From: Azolla caroliniana | Lineage: Eukaryota; Plantae; Polypodiophyta | NCBI GenBank assembly: GCA_043228905.1 | Contig: JBHGNT010000018.1 | Location: 15,686,001-15,750,000 of the forward strand | DNA length: 64,000 nt | Direction of reading: 5' to 3' | Shown: one piece after another, positions 50,501-64,000 of the stretch | Layout of the letters: every line of letters begins with the position of its first letter | Numbering within the stretch: the stretch's first letter is position 1 | Program-made: the position numbers and the translations under genes | Notes under the pieces: model-generated | What the model saw: only the letters and a program-made list of their open reading frames with translations | The model's database searches: none | What the model was told of the DNA's origin: nothing

Positions 50501-52500
50501 AGTCGTATTTCCTTCATTGCTTGCTCATCTATTGGCAATTCCATCTGGGAATCCACATATGGCATCAAAGCTTGTAAAATATCTACTTCGAACAAAGGAA
50601 TGATTTTCGGATTATCATCAAAATACTGATTTTCTTTGACCTCGTCTAATCCTTCCATCATATTGACAAACTTAGCATATACAAGCAAACACTGTTTGCT
50701 TGTCGCAACCTTGTTCTATGTCGAAACCCTGATTTTCGTTTTGCCTTTTCTGAATGTTAGTTGATTTTGATTCCAATTTTGCTTGATGTTAGCCGTCTTT
50801 AACCACGGTCACCCTAATAACAAAGGATATGCACCCGGAGCTTCCAAATGAAGAATTACTGCTGATATCAAAAAACTATGACCACCCAATGCCACCTCTA
50901 ATTGGCGGAGTAAACTAATTGGTCGTACCGTAGTGGTATTCGCCATTCTGAGCCAAAATGGGCAACCTTCCCATTTAGTAATTCCCAACCTATCACAGGT
51001 GGTTTTATTAATGACATTCACTCCTGGGCCCCCATCGATAATTGTATTTTCGATTTCTTGACCTTGAATTATTACCTTAATTGATGGATTTTGCTCATCC
51101 ATGATTGAAGGGCTGGTGCTCGACTGACTATAGTTTACCGATACTTGTTTTGACCCCTTTTGGGCAATCAATGTTGCCACTTTTTCGGTAAATCTAGGGA
51201 CCAACTTAAGTAATCCGGTCAGTGGTAATGACACTTGGCAATCTGCTAAGAGCTTCTAGGCTTCCTCTTGTTCTAGTACAACAATCACTCATGGTAATTC
51301 AGTAGCATGGTTAATTTCATTGTCTTGGAGCATTCGGTTTACATTATTTCTGTTTGCTTCCTCTACCCATTCCTTGGCTGCTTTCCACACTGCTTCCTGA
51401 ATCTCCCACTCGGATTGTTTACTTTTGCTTCTAGTGGTTACTTGCTCTATTTCCGATATAACCATATTAACCGTCGATCCTTTCCCTTTAGTAGGGCACT
51501 GATTAGCATAATGACTAGTTTGACGGCAAATATAGCAAGTAGGAACAAACGTTCCACTTCCCTCGCCTTGCTCAAACTGACTAGTCCCATCATTTTGCAT
51601 AAACTGTTGACCATCATTCAGCGATTGCTGAAACTGTCGTGAGGTTTTCGGCTTGTAGAATTTTTTATTTTTATACCGGTTCTGCTTAAACTGTCCTCCA
51701 TTTTGCTGTTGTTGATGCATATTCGGTGGTACTGAGAATTCTTGATTTTGTTGAAAATTATTTTGTTAAAAATTATTTTGTTGAAAATCTTGATTGTGCT
51801 GAAAATTACTTTTTTGGAAAGACTGATTATTTTGTTGAAAAGCTGGATTCTGCTAGAATTTATTTTGCTGAAAGGTTTTATTTTTTTTGAAAATTATTTT
51901 GTTGAGCTTGTGGAAAACTATTTTGTTGGTATCCATTATTGAATGAATTCTGGTTATTGTGGTACCCATTTTCCGGAAAAATTTGTCTTACCGGAGCCGT
52001 CGTCTTATTAAGCAAGTTATACTCACATTGCTCGACCGAATAAAGTTTAGAATGACATATTGTGCAATGTGTTCGCAAACTACACTCGATCGTTGAATGA
52101 CCGGTATTTAAACAAGTAGTACACTGAACTGCTTGTCGAAATTGTAACTCCTCCATCGTTGGCAGTGTACGATTTAGTGCTGACATATCCATACTCCGTA
52201 CATTTATCGGCTGTCGGCCCATAGCGATTGCCTTATCAATCACTTGCTCGATATTTTGATTCCAAAAATCGAACACCTTCAGTGTTGTTCGTAATGGTTC
52301 CCGAATTGCTTCAAGGAATACATCCTTCAATTCATCATCCGGAATAGGCCTAGAAATTTGCAGTTGCAAATTCTGAAAACAAATCACGAATTGAGACACC
52401 GTTTCCTGTTGCTCCTAATACAACGCATAAAATTGCGCTATCAGATCTTTTTGAGGTATTTGACGATGAAATAACTGCAAAAATTTGTTGTTCAATTGTT
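47597..52500 (-). pseudogene. gypsy gag-pol of element 2 (fragmented)
   Basis: IIDGGPGVN, RVCVDY, VFLDD, FVDAS, YSTTEREA, FQKWGLDFVGP, ANGLAE. Confidence 0.9.
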
Positions 52501-53157
52501 CAAATGTAGAGTCACACCATATAATCTAGGGTCAGTACTTCCTGATTTAACTGATAGCCAATCTTCCGACGAAAATCAGCCAGAAGCGGTATCATTTTAC
52601 GATATCTGGAGTGAGGACAATATGTCTTATCCGTACTCAAAGTTTCACGAGGGAGCTGATGCTGAAGCGCATGTGAGGGATTTCATCGTCAAATCTAGAG
52701 TCACACCATTTGGTTTATGATGAAGATAATGCATTGATTGGTACATCTGAGGATGACGAGGAGGAATCTTCATTGTATATTAGTTATAATAGTGATTCTC
52801 TGTAAAGTAGTGATCATGAATGTATTTTTGGCTATTAAGTGTAACTACCTTTCGCATGTAACAAATCGAGTAATATAAAAGCATGTGTTTTGAATTCTTT
52901 TGATTCCTATGAATATCGTTTCTTATAAAAAAACATTGGTTGTAAAGTTTGTGATATAAATTAAACCCTAAACCTTTTGAAATTCCTCTTTTTTTATTTA
53001 TTTTAAAATCACGAAAATGGTGGATTTTCAACCTTTTTCATAGTATATTTGAGAATGTATGATACTAGTATCAATGTGTTTTGTAATATCACTAAAAAAG
53101 TACTAAAATCAAACAAAATAATCCTTGTCGTTCCATTTATGCGCGATCCTTCCACTT

Positions 53158-53453
53158 GTGAACACGAACGTGTTTAACAATTAATCAGCCGACGAGTCAA
53201 CTAGTCAACTCTTGGTTCGACTGTCTAGTCGGCGTTGTCATCGACCATTTGGTCGGCTCGACTAGTCGGTCGTGTCTTCAACTTGGATCGCATATATAAT
53301 GTTGTCGACTCCCCATGTTGACTCTCTCTCAGTCGACTCTCTGTGACATCGACTATCGACTCTCAATCCAACGGTCAACTACTCCATGTCTTTGATTGTC
53401 GGCTCTCGGCCCGACCAATCGGCTCCTCCCATAGGAGGGACATATTCCTAACA
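53158..53453 (-). repeat. LTR fragment of the TGTTRGGAATATGTCCCTCC family
   Basis: Terminus matches 9614-9788; rich in GTCGAC repeats; left boundary uncertain. Confidence 0.55.
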
Positions 53454-53462
53454 AATTCCCAT

Positions 53463-56400
53463 TGTTGAGAACACGACTGTCTAGGTGCGGAACAATCTCA
53501 ACACTCTTCTATGTGGAGATCATTAATAGATGACCTGAAGAAGATTGATGGCAACTAGAAACAGAATCAACAAGGAAGATCAACAAGAACGCAAGAGAGA
53601 GAGAGACGTTAGGCACAAGATGAACTATATTTGCAACAACCAAAAAGCTAGGTTCCAAAATCAATTTATATATGTACTTACTAGCTTAGGGCAACAACCC
53701 TTCTCACTATTTACATAAATAGCCTAAACCTAGTGTGTACAAAAGGAGACAATGTGATTACGTTCATTAGAGGCCCACATTCAACACTCCCCCGTAATGG
53801 ACATATACATCAAAAATCTGTAAATCGAAATAAATGTACAATACAAATTGATACAAGGTTTTTTTAACAGATCGAAAATTTCGTTCGAGTCGGTGAACTT
53901 CATAGTTTCACGACCATCGCGTACATCAGGCAGCCGACTGCCGATGCATACGATACTAACTTCATAGTTTCCCCCTCCGAACTGGATGTCGGGCAATCTC
54001 TCTAAGATAGCCGAAGGCTAATGGGAAGTGAAGTCGAAGTAGATTTTGCTAATTGCATGTTGAAGCGTTCGAGGACATGTCTAATATAGTCGGATTAGGA
54101 CAAACACAATTTTCTTCAATTTTGATTCTGACTAATCTTCATGCGAAGAATGTGTCTTGTCGAACCAAGGTCTTTCATGGCAAACCTCAATTGCAGTTGC
54201 CGAACGAGTTCGGCAAGCTCTTCGGCTTGCCAAAAGGAGATTAGCATGTCGTCCATGTAGATGATGAGGAACATGGGTGACCTATCTCGAGATATTTTCA
54301 TGAAGAGACGATGGTCCTCATCACTCTTCGAGAAGCCGACTGACTTAATGAAGTAATCAAACTTCTTATACCACTATCGTAGTGCCTGTTTTAGGCCGTA
54401 TAGACTCTTCATGAGTCGGCAAACTAGATGTTCCTTGCTGGGTGCCACAAAGCCTTTCAGTTGCTCCATATAAATTTCCTCCTCTAGATCACCATGGAGG
54501 AATGCCATTTTGACATCTAGTTGAATCAACTCCAAGTCCTCGGCTGCCACAACGTCGAGCATGAATCTAAGGGTTGACATTTTCACCACTGGTGAAAAGA
54601 TTTCATTACTAGATGCCGATGCTTCTCCATATGACGTCGGTTCTCTGGCGTTTGTAAAGAAGATTCCAGGAGAGTATCTCTCCGGGGGTTGCGATAGTCT
54701 CTCGAATCTTCAAGGTATGATTGCACTAGTCACATCGGGTGTTGAAGTCGGATGATCTAGAGCCCAAGTATTCGCATGTTCCGAGTCGAGCGTTGTCGAG
54801 TCAGGAGGGAGGATTCAGCTACCCGTGAAGCCGATCTCGTGTTATGGGTTGGGCCTTCATGAAGGGTCGACACTTCGGAAAAAGTTACCCTTCGAACTTC
54901 AATAGACCTTTCGGCCATTGTATGCATAGCCGATTCATCGAACACTATGTCAAAACTTTGAACGTTTTGTTTGTGCTCAGGGTTCTAGAGTCTATATCCG
55001 ATTTTTCCATCTGGTCCATAACCAAGGAAAATGTTGGGAAGTCGGTCCCTCTGGATGGGATCCAGTTATGAATGAAGGGGACCCGGTGAGAATCGGAAGA
55101 GATCCGAAAACCGGATCGGATGGACCCGGGGAGAACCGGAAGAAAAGTCATATTTGTAAATATGTTTTAAGTAAGCCTATTGAGGCTATATTTGTAAATA
55201 GCTCTAAGTACATATGAGTATAAATATGACCTAGGGCAATCACAGAAGAGTGTGGTTGTCATATTGTTGTATGTCCATAACTCTTGTATAGAGAGAGATA
55301 GATACAGGGCGATACTTTGTTGTAACCGCCACTTGGCGAAGATATAGAGCTCGAGGTTGTTGCCTCCGAGGCTCCGGTACCACCACAACTCCAGTATGGC
55401 GGGGCGGAGCACATGAATGCCTTCAAGGGTCTAATACACCAAGCAACCTCGTTGGAAGTACCTATTCCTAATGAGGTACTCGCATTGCTCCTGCTCGGTT
55501 CCCTCCCGGATAGTTGGGAGACGTTTGTTGTCACGGTGGGCAATGCCGGGCCGGAAGGAAAAACAGTTGTCCCTAGCAAGGGTAAAATCAAGCTTGTTAG
55601 ATGAAGAAGCTTGTTGGAAGGACCAGGAGTCTGAAACCGATCCGAAGGCCTTGGTCACGGAAGATGACCACAACCGGGGAAGAGGCGGGTATTGGAGTCC
55701 CCAAAACCGGGACAAATCGGGGACGAGGTCGAAGTCAAGGGGGAGGCCTACTTGCTTCTACTATAGGAAGCCAAGGCACTTCCAGAAGAATTGTCGGCAT
55801 TTCCGGAAAGAGAAAGAAATCGACACTACCGATTCGAAGAAGAGTTCGGACCGAAACGATTCGGACCGGAGAGGCCCGGATCGGAAAGGAACGTAGGCAA
55901 TCGCGACAAGTGAAGAAGAACTGATGCTCATTACCGAGGAGAATGAGTTAAACCTTGTCAGCGACGAGGCAACATAGGTTGTCGATTCCGAGGCATTGTT
56001 CCATCTGACACCAGACTGGAGGTGCTTCTCATCCTACACAACCGGAGATCATGGTTGTGTCCGGATGGGGAATGAAGGTACATGCCGAATTGTCGTCATA
56101 GGAGATGTGTTGTTGATGACATAAACTGGGTGCAAGTTGTTGTTGAAGTATGTCCGACACGTTCTGGAGGTTCGACTGAACCTGATATTAGCTGGTCGGC
56201 TAGATAATGAAGGCTACACGGGGAGCATCCGCAAAGGAGTCATGAAGTTTAGCAAGGGAAGCTTGATCATGGCTCGAGCCTAGAAGATCAACACGCCGTA
56301 CCTGATGCATGCCCGGATATGCCAGGAAGAAGTGAACGCAACATTCGACACTACAAGTGAGCTGTGGCACAAGAGACTATGTCATATGAGCTAGAAGGGG

Positions 56401-58990
56401 ATGAGAAGACTTGCCGTAGACAACCTCATTCCAGAGGTGAAAGACGTGCATCTTGAGAAGTGCACCAATTGCTTAGCCGACAAGCAAAACCGAACCTCCT
56501 TCCGGTCAAGACCGATGATGAGACGGAATGCACCACTTGAGCTGGTGTATACTGATGTGTGTCAAGTGGACATGAAGTCACATGCCAGATCACAGTCCTT
56601 CGTGATGTTCATAGATGACCACAGTCAGAAGCTATGGGTCTCACCACTGAAGAGGAAGGATCAAGTGTTATCCGTCTTCAAGGAGCTCCACGCGAGAGTG
56701 GAAAGAGAAACCGATCGGAAGTTGAAGGCGGTTCGAGCAGATAACGAAGGAGAATACCTAGGGTAGTTCGAGGAGTACTACCGGTCAAAGGAAATCCGAC
56801 TTGAATTTACCGTATCGAAGATGCTAAAACTAAATGGGCTAGTCGAAAGGATGAACCAGACCATAATGGAGAGAGTCTGGAGCATGCTGGCAGATGCAAA
56901 GTTACCCAAGAAGTTTTGGGCTGAGGTGTTGATGACGACAACCTATGTGATAAACAGATCACCCTCAGCACCCTTGGAAGGAGACTCACCATAGAAAGTA
57001 TGGATCGGTAAAGATGTATCTTACCGGCATCTGAAGGTGTTCAGGTGTCTCGTCTATGTGCATGTGGCAAAGGAAAAGAGAGCAAAGTTGGATCTGAAGT
57101 CCTGGCCATGCATATTCCTTGGATACGGCTATGATGAGTTCGATTACCGGGTGTGGGATCTGGTCGACAAGAAGGTTTCTGGAGTCGGGACATAGTCTTC
57201 ATGGAAGAGAAGACTATTGCCGATTGGGAGTCGGAGAAGAAGATGATGAACTCCGGATCATCCAATGAAAACCGGCTTAAGGACACAAGTATTTACCCTT
57301 TGAAAACTGAATGTTAGCTGGTAATCGGATGACACTCGACGAACCGGCCGTATTCGAACAAGAAACTGAACCGACCGAAGAAGAAGAAGAAGAAGAAGAA
57401 GAAGAAGACACCGAAAACAGACAAGATCTCGAGGTAGAGCAACTAGACGTAAAGACGACGTTCTTCCATGGTGACCTCGAAGAGGAGATCTACATGCAAC
57501 ATCCAGAAGGATTTGTGAACAAAGGGAAGGAGCATTTGGTGTGCCGGTTGAAGAAGAGCTTATACGGTGTTGACAACTGACAAGCTGGACGCGTGCCAAA
57601 AGCAGATCGGGCTGACGAGACATCCCATGCTGGAGTGAAGGGGGAGATTGTTGGGAAGTTGGTCCCTCCGGATGGGATCCGATTATGAATGAAGAGGACC
57701 CGGTGAGAACCGGAAGAGATCCGGAAACCGGATCGGATGGACCGGGTGAGAACCGAAAGAAAAGACATATTTGTAAATATGTTTTGAGTAAGCCTATTGA
57801 GGCTATATTTGTAAATAGCCCTAAGTTCATATGAGTATAAATATGACCTAGGGCAATCACAGAAGAGTGTGGTTGTCATATTGTTATATGTGCATAATTG
57901 TTGTATAGAGAGAGAGAGAGATACAGAGTGATACTCTGTTGTAACCACCGCTTGGAGAAGATACAGAGCTCGAGGTCGTTGCCTCAAAGTTTCTAATTGT
58001 ACCCTTTTCTTCATAGTGATAGTTGGAGTCTATAGGCTCCCATGGTTTTTCCCATTCAGGGTTTTCCACGTAAACATCTTGTGTACTCTCTATCGTTCTG
58101 TGTGTACTCCCTAAACCCTAAACCCTATTTCCCATTTCTGTGTTTCATTCTCATTGAAGTGACTCATTACTCGATTGTGTCTGAGCAATATTTCAGGTTA
58201 TTTCTCTTCAGAAAATACATTTCCTGGACCTTGGTGCAAGTTTATGGCAATCATCTTTCGGTATGAGGGCGTATGCCTCAAAACCGAAGATCCTCAGCTT
58301 GTCGTAATTCGGTTTACTACCGGTCCATAATTCCTGAGGTATCTTAAGTCCTAGAGGCCTACTCGACGATATATTGATAATGTGTACTATCGTAAGTAGG
58401 GCCTCCGCCCAGAAGCCATCCTACAATCCAAAGTGTTAGAGCATGGAAATTATCCTTTCTTGAATTGTTTGATTCATCATCTCGGCAATTCCATTCTGCT
58501 CTGGACTATAGGGTGTCGTATATTCATGTTGAATTCTGCGTTGTTGAAAATTTTTGACAAATTCTTCAGATTTGAACGCTCCTCCATTATCGGTTTGAAG
58601 GCATTTGAGTTTTCGACCGGACTGATTTTCGACCATAGCGAGCCAATCCAAGAAAATCGAGAACACTCAATCTTTGGTCTTCCTTCTGTGTCGATTTGTC
58701 AATAAATCTGACGAAATACAAGGCATTACCGAGAGACTTATGTTGCATAGGGCCACAGACGTCCGAGTGGACTCAATTCTCTCGGTGTTGACGTCGGGTG
58801 TGATGTGGCTATGTGTTTGTCGTACTGAAAATGCTCGTCGAATTGATGATTGGAGAAGGAGAGTTAGGGAATGTATCCGACTCTAGATAGATGCATGATG
58901 CCGACCTCTTGAGGTGTTTGAGTCGGCCGTGCCATACGGATGACACGGGAATGTCGACCAAAAACAAGTCACCCTCTGTAACGGAATGAG
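53463..58990 (-). mobile_element. Degenerate Ty1/copia element with 3' LTR 53463-53786, host of the 55032-58210 insertion
   Basis: PPT GGGGGAG next to TGTTGAATG; RT QLDVKMAFLHG, YMDDM; integrase TDNGG, PEQNGIAE. SRKCIFLGYG is rebuilt across the insertion. Confidence 0.8.
55032..58210 (+). mobile_element. Internally deleted Tork-like copia related to 40784-46100
   Basis: 5' LTR from 55032 (truncated ~55380), 3' LTR 57649-58210, TSD GAAAA, PPT GAAGGGGGAG, gag/integrase/RT remnants. Confidence 0.9.
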
Positions 58991-58999
58991 GAGCTGGAG

Positions 59000-59044
59000 T
59001 GGTTAGGATGCAGCGGAAGGATTGTGTGTGTGTGCACGTAAAGC

Positions 59045-59090
<46 letters not shown>

Positions 59091-62000
59091 TTAAGACAGA
59101 GTTAAAAGATTGTATATTACATTAACCAAAAATACTTCCAACAGTAACTAAGTTACAAGGGGTTGGTTTAAATACCAACTAAGCTAGGCTAAGTGCCCTT
59201 TCTACTATTTACAAAACTAGCCTGGTATGCCCATGAGCTAGTGTGAAACCTATTACTATGGGAAGTTTAGTTCGACTCTCAACACGCCCCTTCGAACACA
59301 ACTTCCATCTCTCAAAAAGTTGTTTTGGTTTGGTCTTCAAATTTTGGCTTCTAGAGTTCGTAATCCAATTTCTGGCGTTCGTAATCCTCAAACTAGATTG
59401 TTTGGCTTTTCGGCTTCGTGCTGGGTTCAATTAACTACGTGAGACGTACTCATGTATCGTTCTATGTTACGTCCATGTCGCCTGTAGTACTCCCCCTCAA
59501 GCTCGGCAACGTGGATGTCATGAGACCAAGGTCCGATGCGAATTGCCCGAGTTTGGCGACTCCTAAGGCCTTCGTAAAATAATCACCCATCGGGAGGTGT
59601 GTATTGATATGTTGTACATCAATTTCTTCGGCCTGTACGTGCTCGCAGATGAAGTGGTAGTGCACTTCGATATGCTTAGTATGCGAGTGAAATACGGGGT
59701 TCCACGCCAAGTAGATGCTACTCATGTTGTCACAGTATAGGCGAATCAGATCTTTGATAGGTACGCTGAGATTCTTCAGTATGCGCTTGAGCCATATGGT
59801 TTCGCATGTGACGACTACCGCACGCCTATATTCAGCTTCCGTGCTCGACAGTGCGACTGTCGGTTGCTTCTTACTGCTCTAGGAGGTTGCTCCACTACCA
59901 AGGGAGAAGACGAATCTGGATGTCGATCGTCTATCCACTTTGTATCCTACCCAGTCCGCGTTTGTGTATCCTTCAAGTCGAATGGTCGTATTTGATTGAT
60001 ACATAATGTCGTAATCCATCATTGTACTAATATACCAGAGTATCCTCTTAGCGCAATCGAGATGAAAGTTTCACGGATTTTGCATGAATTGACTAACTAG
60101 GCCGACCGAATAACTTAGGTTTGGTCGCGTAATGGTGAGATAGATTAACTTGTTGATTAGTTGACGATACTGAGTTGACTCGCACTCCGCTGTGTCGGAA
60201 TCGGCATCCATCATGAGATTATGATCGAGAGGGGTAGACACAGGTTTGCACTCGGTCATTCCAAACTTGTACAGAAGGTTGAGAATGTAGTGCCGTTGAG
60301 AAATCATTATTCCGACTAGTTTTCGAATTACTTCAATGCCAACGAAGTAATGGAGCTCGTGCATGTCTTTCATTTCGAATCTGTTGGAAAGAAGTGATTT
60401 GACCTTGTCAATCTCGGTGAGATCCTTTCCTCTCATGACAAATCATCCACATAAAGGATGATGACAATCGGGTTATCCGACTCATTTTGGATGTACAGGG
60501 AAGTATTGTATTTTGACATTCGAAATCCGATCTGATGAAGATATTGCGTGATCTTTGAGTGTCACACATGTGGTGCTTGTTTAAGGCCGTAGAGAGGCTT
60601 CTTGAGTCGGCACACGACGTTCAGATGATTGTGCGATTCAAAACCAGGTGGTTGGATCATATACACCTCCTCTTCCAATTTGCCTTGAAGAAAGGCGTTC
60701 TTGACGTCCACCTGGTGGAGGTGCCACACAGTTGTCATCTTTGCCACTGGGGCAAAGGTCTCTTCGTAGTCTATGCCGTGCGTTTGCGCGTATCCTTTCA
60801 CAATGAGCTGTGCTTTAAAGCAATTTACGGAGCCGTCGACATTGTGTGTAAATCCACTTGTAGCCAATTTCTTTCTTGTTCGTCGTGTGAGGAACGAGAT
60901 CCCATGTCTCATTTTTGCATATGGCTTGCATTTCTTCATTCATCGCATCGACCTATTGCGGCTCCTTTATGGCTTCGGAAAGCGTCTCCAGCTCTCGTAT
61001 TGACACTACCTTCATCATGAAGGCGTAATGGTACACCATATAATGGTTGTAGTTGAATCGACTTACGTGGTTCTTTTCACGGGTGGATCAGCAGACTTTC
61101 TCGTTTGCGGATGTTAAGCCTTTCTTCTCTCCATTTGTCCGGATGATTGGGATGTCCGGATGCTAAGCCGTGTCGTAATCGGGCTTTCTTCGTACATGTG
61201 CGTTGTCGTGCCTTTCGGCTCCGGATCGTTGCGTGAGTCGGGTGGGAACCGCTGGGGTTTTGGACTAGGAAGAGGAGAGTTTTAAGGCTAATAAGAATAT
61301 AAATATGTTGTAAGAAAGAGTTATAGCAAACTCGTGAATCCCACGAGTGTATTGTATTAGATTAATCAATATGAATATAAGAATATAAATTTGGGTTGAA
61401 AGAGAATGATATAGAATCCTCGTGAATCCCACGAGTATAGTTTATTAATTGGTGTTTTTTAGAAACATATCCAGTTTCCAAATATTTTTCACCCAATTAC
61501 ATTGTGCTTCCCATCCTTATGTAGTGATGAGGAAGTCTTAGTAATCCATGCTTTTTCTCTAACTATAGACCCCATGCTTTTCCTATAGATAGACTATATG
61601 CTTTATCTAAAGTGATCATGCTTTTTTCTAACTTGTGCGTTTTTTATCATGCACGCTAGATGTGTATGTGTAGCTTTTTCTTTTGTTATGCGTTTTTCTA
61701 ATGTTTATCCTAGCGTGAATTTACCTTTCTATGTGGGACATCTATGCTTTAACACTAATGAAATGCTAGTGTAATGGTAAGACATTACATTATTAACATG
61801 GAGGTGCAAGGTTTGAATCTTGCCCTATGCATGTTCCATTTATTTTGCTATTTTCTTCTATTTCTTCATTTTTTATTGAATCTAATACTATATACGTTTT
61901 TCACGTAGTGTACAAAATACACTACAACAGCGTGAGCCCATCTTTGTCTTCTATCTCCATTTCGGCGGATTTTGGGTCGAGCGGAGTTTGAGTCGAAGTT

Positions 62001-64000
62001 GTTTTTGGTGCGTACCAGAATGTGGACTCGTCAAAAATGACATCTCGACTTACACGAGCTTCTCGGGTAGATGGGTTGTAGCATTTGTACCCCTTCTGTT
62101 CGAGTGAGTATCCTACGAGGATGCATTTCTCCGACTTCGGGTCGAGCTTTTGTCGTGTGTCGTCGGGAATATGTACGTCAGAGATTGCGCCAAAAATGCC
62201 GACATGTGATAAGTCCGGCTTCTTTCCCGAGAACTTCCCATGAGGAGTTATGTCGTGTACTCCTAAGAGTGTGCACCTATTCATGAGGTATACCGTCGTG
62301 TTCGCCGCTTTTGCCCAGTACGATTTTGGCAGGTTCTTCTCATTCATCATAGCTCGAGCGGCTTCTACTATGAGTCAATTTTTACGCTCAACTACGTCGT
62401 TCTACTGAGGTGTGTGACGACATGAGAATTCTCGTCGTATTCCTTCCTTTCGGAGATACGTTGTAAACTCATCCAAAAAGTATTCTTTGCCTCCATCTGA
62501 TCGAAGTTAGCGTACATGCTGACCCGTAGTTTTTTTCGACTTCGGCCTTGAACCTCTGGAAGTGTCCGAACACTTCGCTCTTTTGTCTCATCAGGTAGAC
62601 TCAGTTGTGCCTGGAGAAGTCGTCGATGAACGTGACGTAATATCAGCATCCGCCGAGTGTGCTTGTCTGGGCCGATTCCCATACATCTGAAAGTACAACA
62701 TCCAGGATCCCTTTACTCACATTTTGCTCTTTCGGAAATGGATTTCGGCATTCTTTCCAAACTGGCACGCTTCGGATACGCCCGTAATCTCCTTCGCAGT
62801 AAAATTCGGGAGTCTGATTACGATTCTCTTGTGCCACAGATTTTTGGAGATTGATGTGGCCGATTCTCTTGTGCCATAGATTTATATCGGTTTCGACTTT
62901 AAGGCCCTTTGTGAACATTGTTGACTTTACCTCATTCGATTCAAGGATAAACATATGGCCTTCTCGTCGACCGTGGGCTATGACTTGTCCGCCCCTTTCA
63001 ATGAAGCACCCGTCGTTGCTGAATCATACCTGCATTCCTTGTTCAACAATCTGGCCGACCGAAACCAGGTTTTCGGTGATGGTAGGGACATGCAGTACGT
63101 TCTTGAGATAGGTTTGTTTGTCGTTGTTTCCGAATGGGACGTTCTCGATATGCTTTATTGGATGAGTCGTCTATCTCGACATATCTGGGTTGTTTAGGTT
63201 TTCGTAATTCCCGAAACCAATCTTCATGAGACGTCATGTAGTTAAATGCTCCCAAGTCAACAAACCATATGTTATTTGAGGTGGAGGCGCTAGTTGAGGC
63301 CTGTTCTGACATCGAGTGTGCTTCGTGCCTCATTACGAATATTTCACCACGGTCGCCAGTGTCGTAGTGTAGGTTGCACACTATGTGGAAATTATATTTT
63401 TGTCCCTCCGGATAGAGAATGGAGTGCTCGGTGAGAACCGGAAGAAAACGGCATACCGGCAAGGAGGAAAACGGCATACCGTGGTTGAGATTCGTGTTGT
63501 AATTTGTAAACATTCTGCTACGATCGTCGTAGTTGGAATTCGATGCATAATTCGTGAGCTGTTAGCTAGTTGACGTCGAGTCTCGTACCTTTTTCCAACA
63601 CTCCTCTTCATAGTGGCCATGTTTTCCATAGTACCAGCATTCGATTGGGTTGTTACAATTGCTTGATCCGAAGTGATGACTCCCCTTTCTGTGAAACTCT
63701 CTAGGACCATTCCTGTCTACTTGCCATTGGTGGGAGTTACGCTCTTGAGTCTGCCAACCATTACGACCTTGTTCGAATCGACCTCCATTTCCACGACCGA
63801 AATTTCTTCTATCATCTAACTGGGAGTAGAGCATATGACCCTTTGGTGCGTTGTTCCTTTTTCCTCAATCAACAATATTGATTGGAGATCGAAAAATGGA
63901 GGGTTCTCCCTTGCAAGGATGGCCGATCTAATCGAGCCAAATCGGGGTGCTAAGCCGTCGGGGCATATTTGCACCATCTCGTCATCGTCGATTACAAAAT
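59000..64000 (-). mobile_element. Degenerate Ty1/copia element (same family as 9789-12311); 3' LTR ~59000-59284 with (GA)n
   Basis: RNaseH HTKHIEVHYHF; [13 protein letters not shown]; integrase KCILVGY; gag CCHC; PPT GAAGGGGCG before TGTTGAGAG. Confidence 0.85.
61275..61920. mobile_element. AT-rich non-coding insertion in the copia, possibly a CACTA-derived end fragment
   Basis: Interrupts copia pol; ends TTTTTCACGTAGTG; contains CTCGTGAATCCCACGAG twice and a tRNA-like A/B-box remnant. Confidence 0.45.

Larger units (their letters stand above)
38774..52520 (-). mobile_element. Ty3/gypsy element 2 (related to element 1); 3' LTR present, 5' end rearranged or lost
   Basis: gag 52500-51289, protease 51234, RT 50295-49309, RNaseH/integrase 49294-47597, extra ORF 47218-39276, LTR 39223-38774. 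Confidence 0.9.

Overview
Land-plant nuclear DNA, mostly nested and decayed retrotransposons around a small gene island. The family types suggest a non-model plant, possibly seed-free (inference only). Three host genes could be assembled by hand: a 10-exon chloroplast inositol monophosphatase-like gene (IMPL1, +, 25444-29044, with two GC-AG introns), an 11-exon BIN4 gene (-, 30888-35321) and a probably spliced CLE peptide precursor (+, 37369-37902) with a non-canonical QLVPIGPNPLHN motif. Mobile DNA comprises two related non-chromovirus Ty3/gypsy elements sharing a homologous extra ORF after pol, several Ty1/copia elements (one nearly intact with near-identical LTRs), solo LTRs with TSDs, L1-type LINE remnants, and a 7.4-kb Mutator-like element with TIRs. 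The Mutator-like element carries a Ulp1-like protease and a transposase and sits just upstream of IMPL1. The most striking observation is at the 3' LTR of the second gypsy element: where a polypurine tract should be, there is a sense-strand mimic of a tRNA-Arg 3' half (T-stem plus acceptor strand ending in CCA). This mimic is complementary to the PBS seen in the related first element, suggesting a self-encoded primer or a non-PPT plus-strand priming system.
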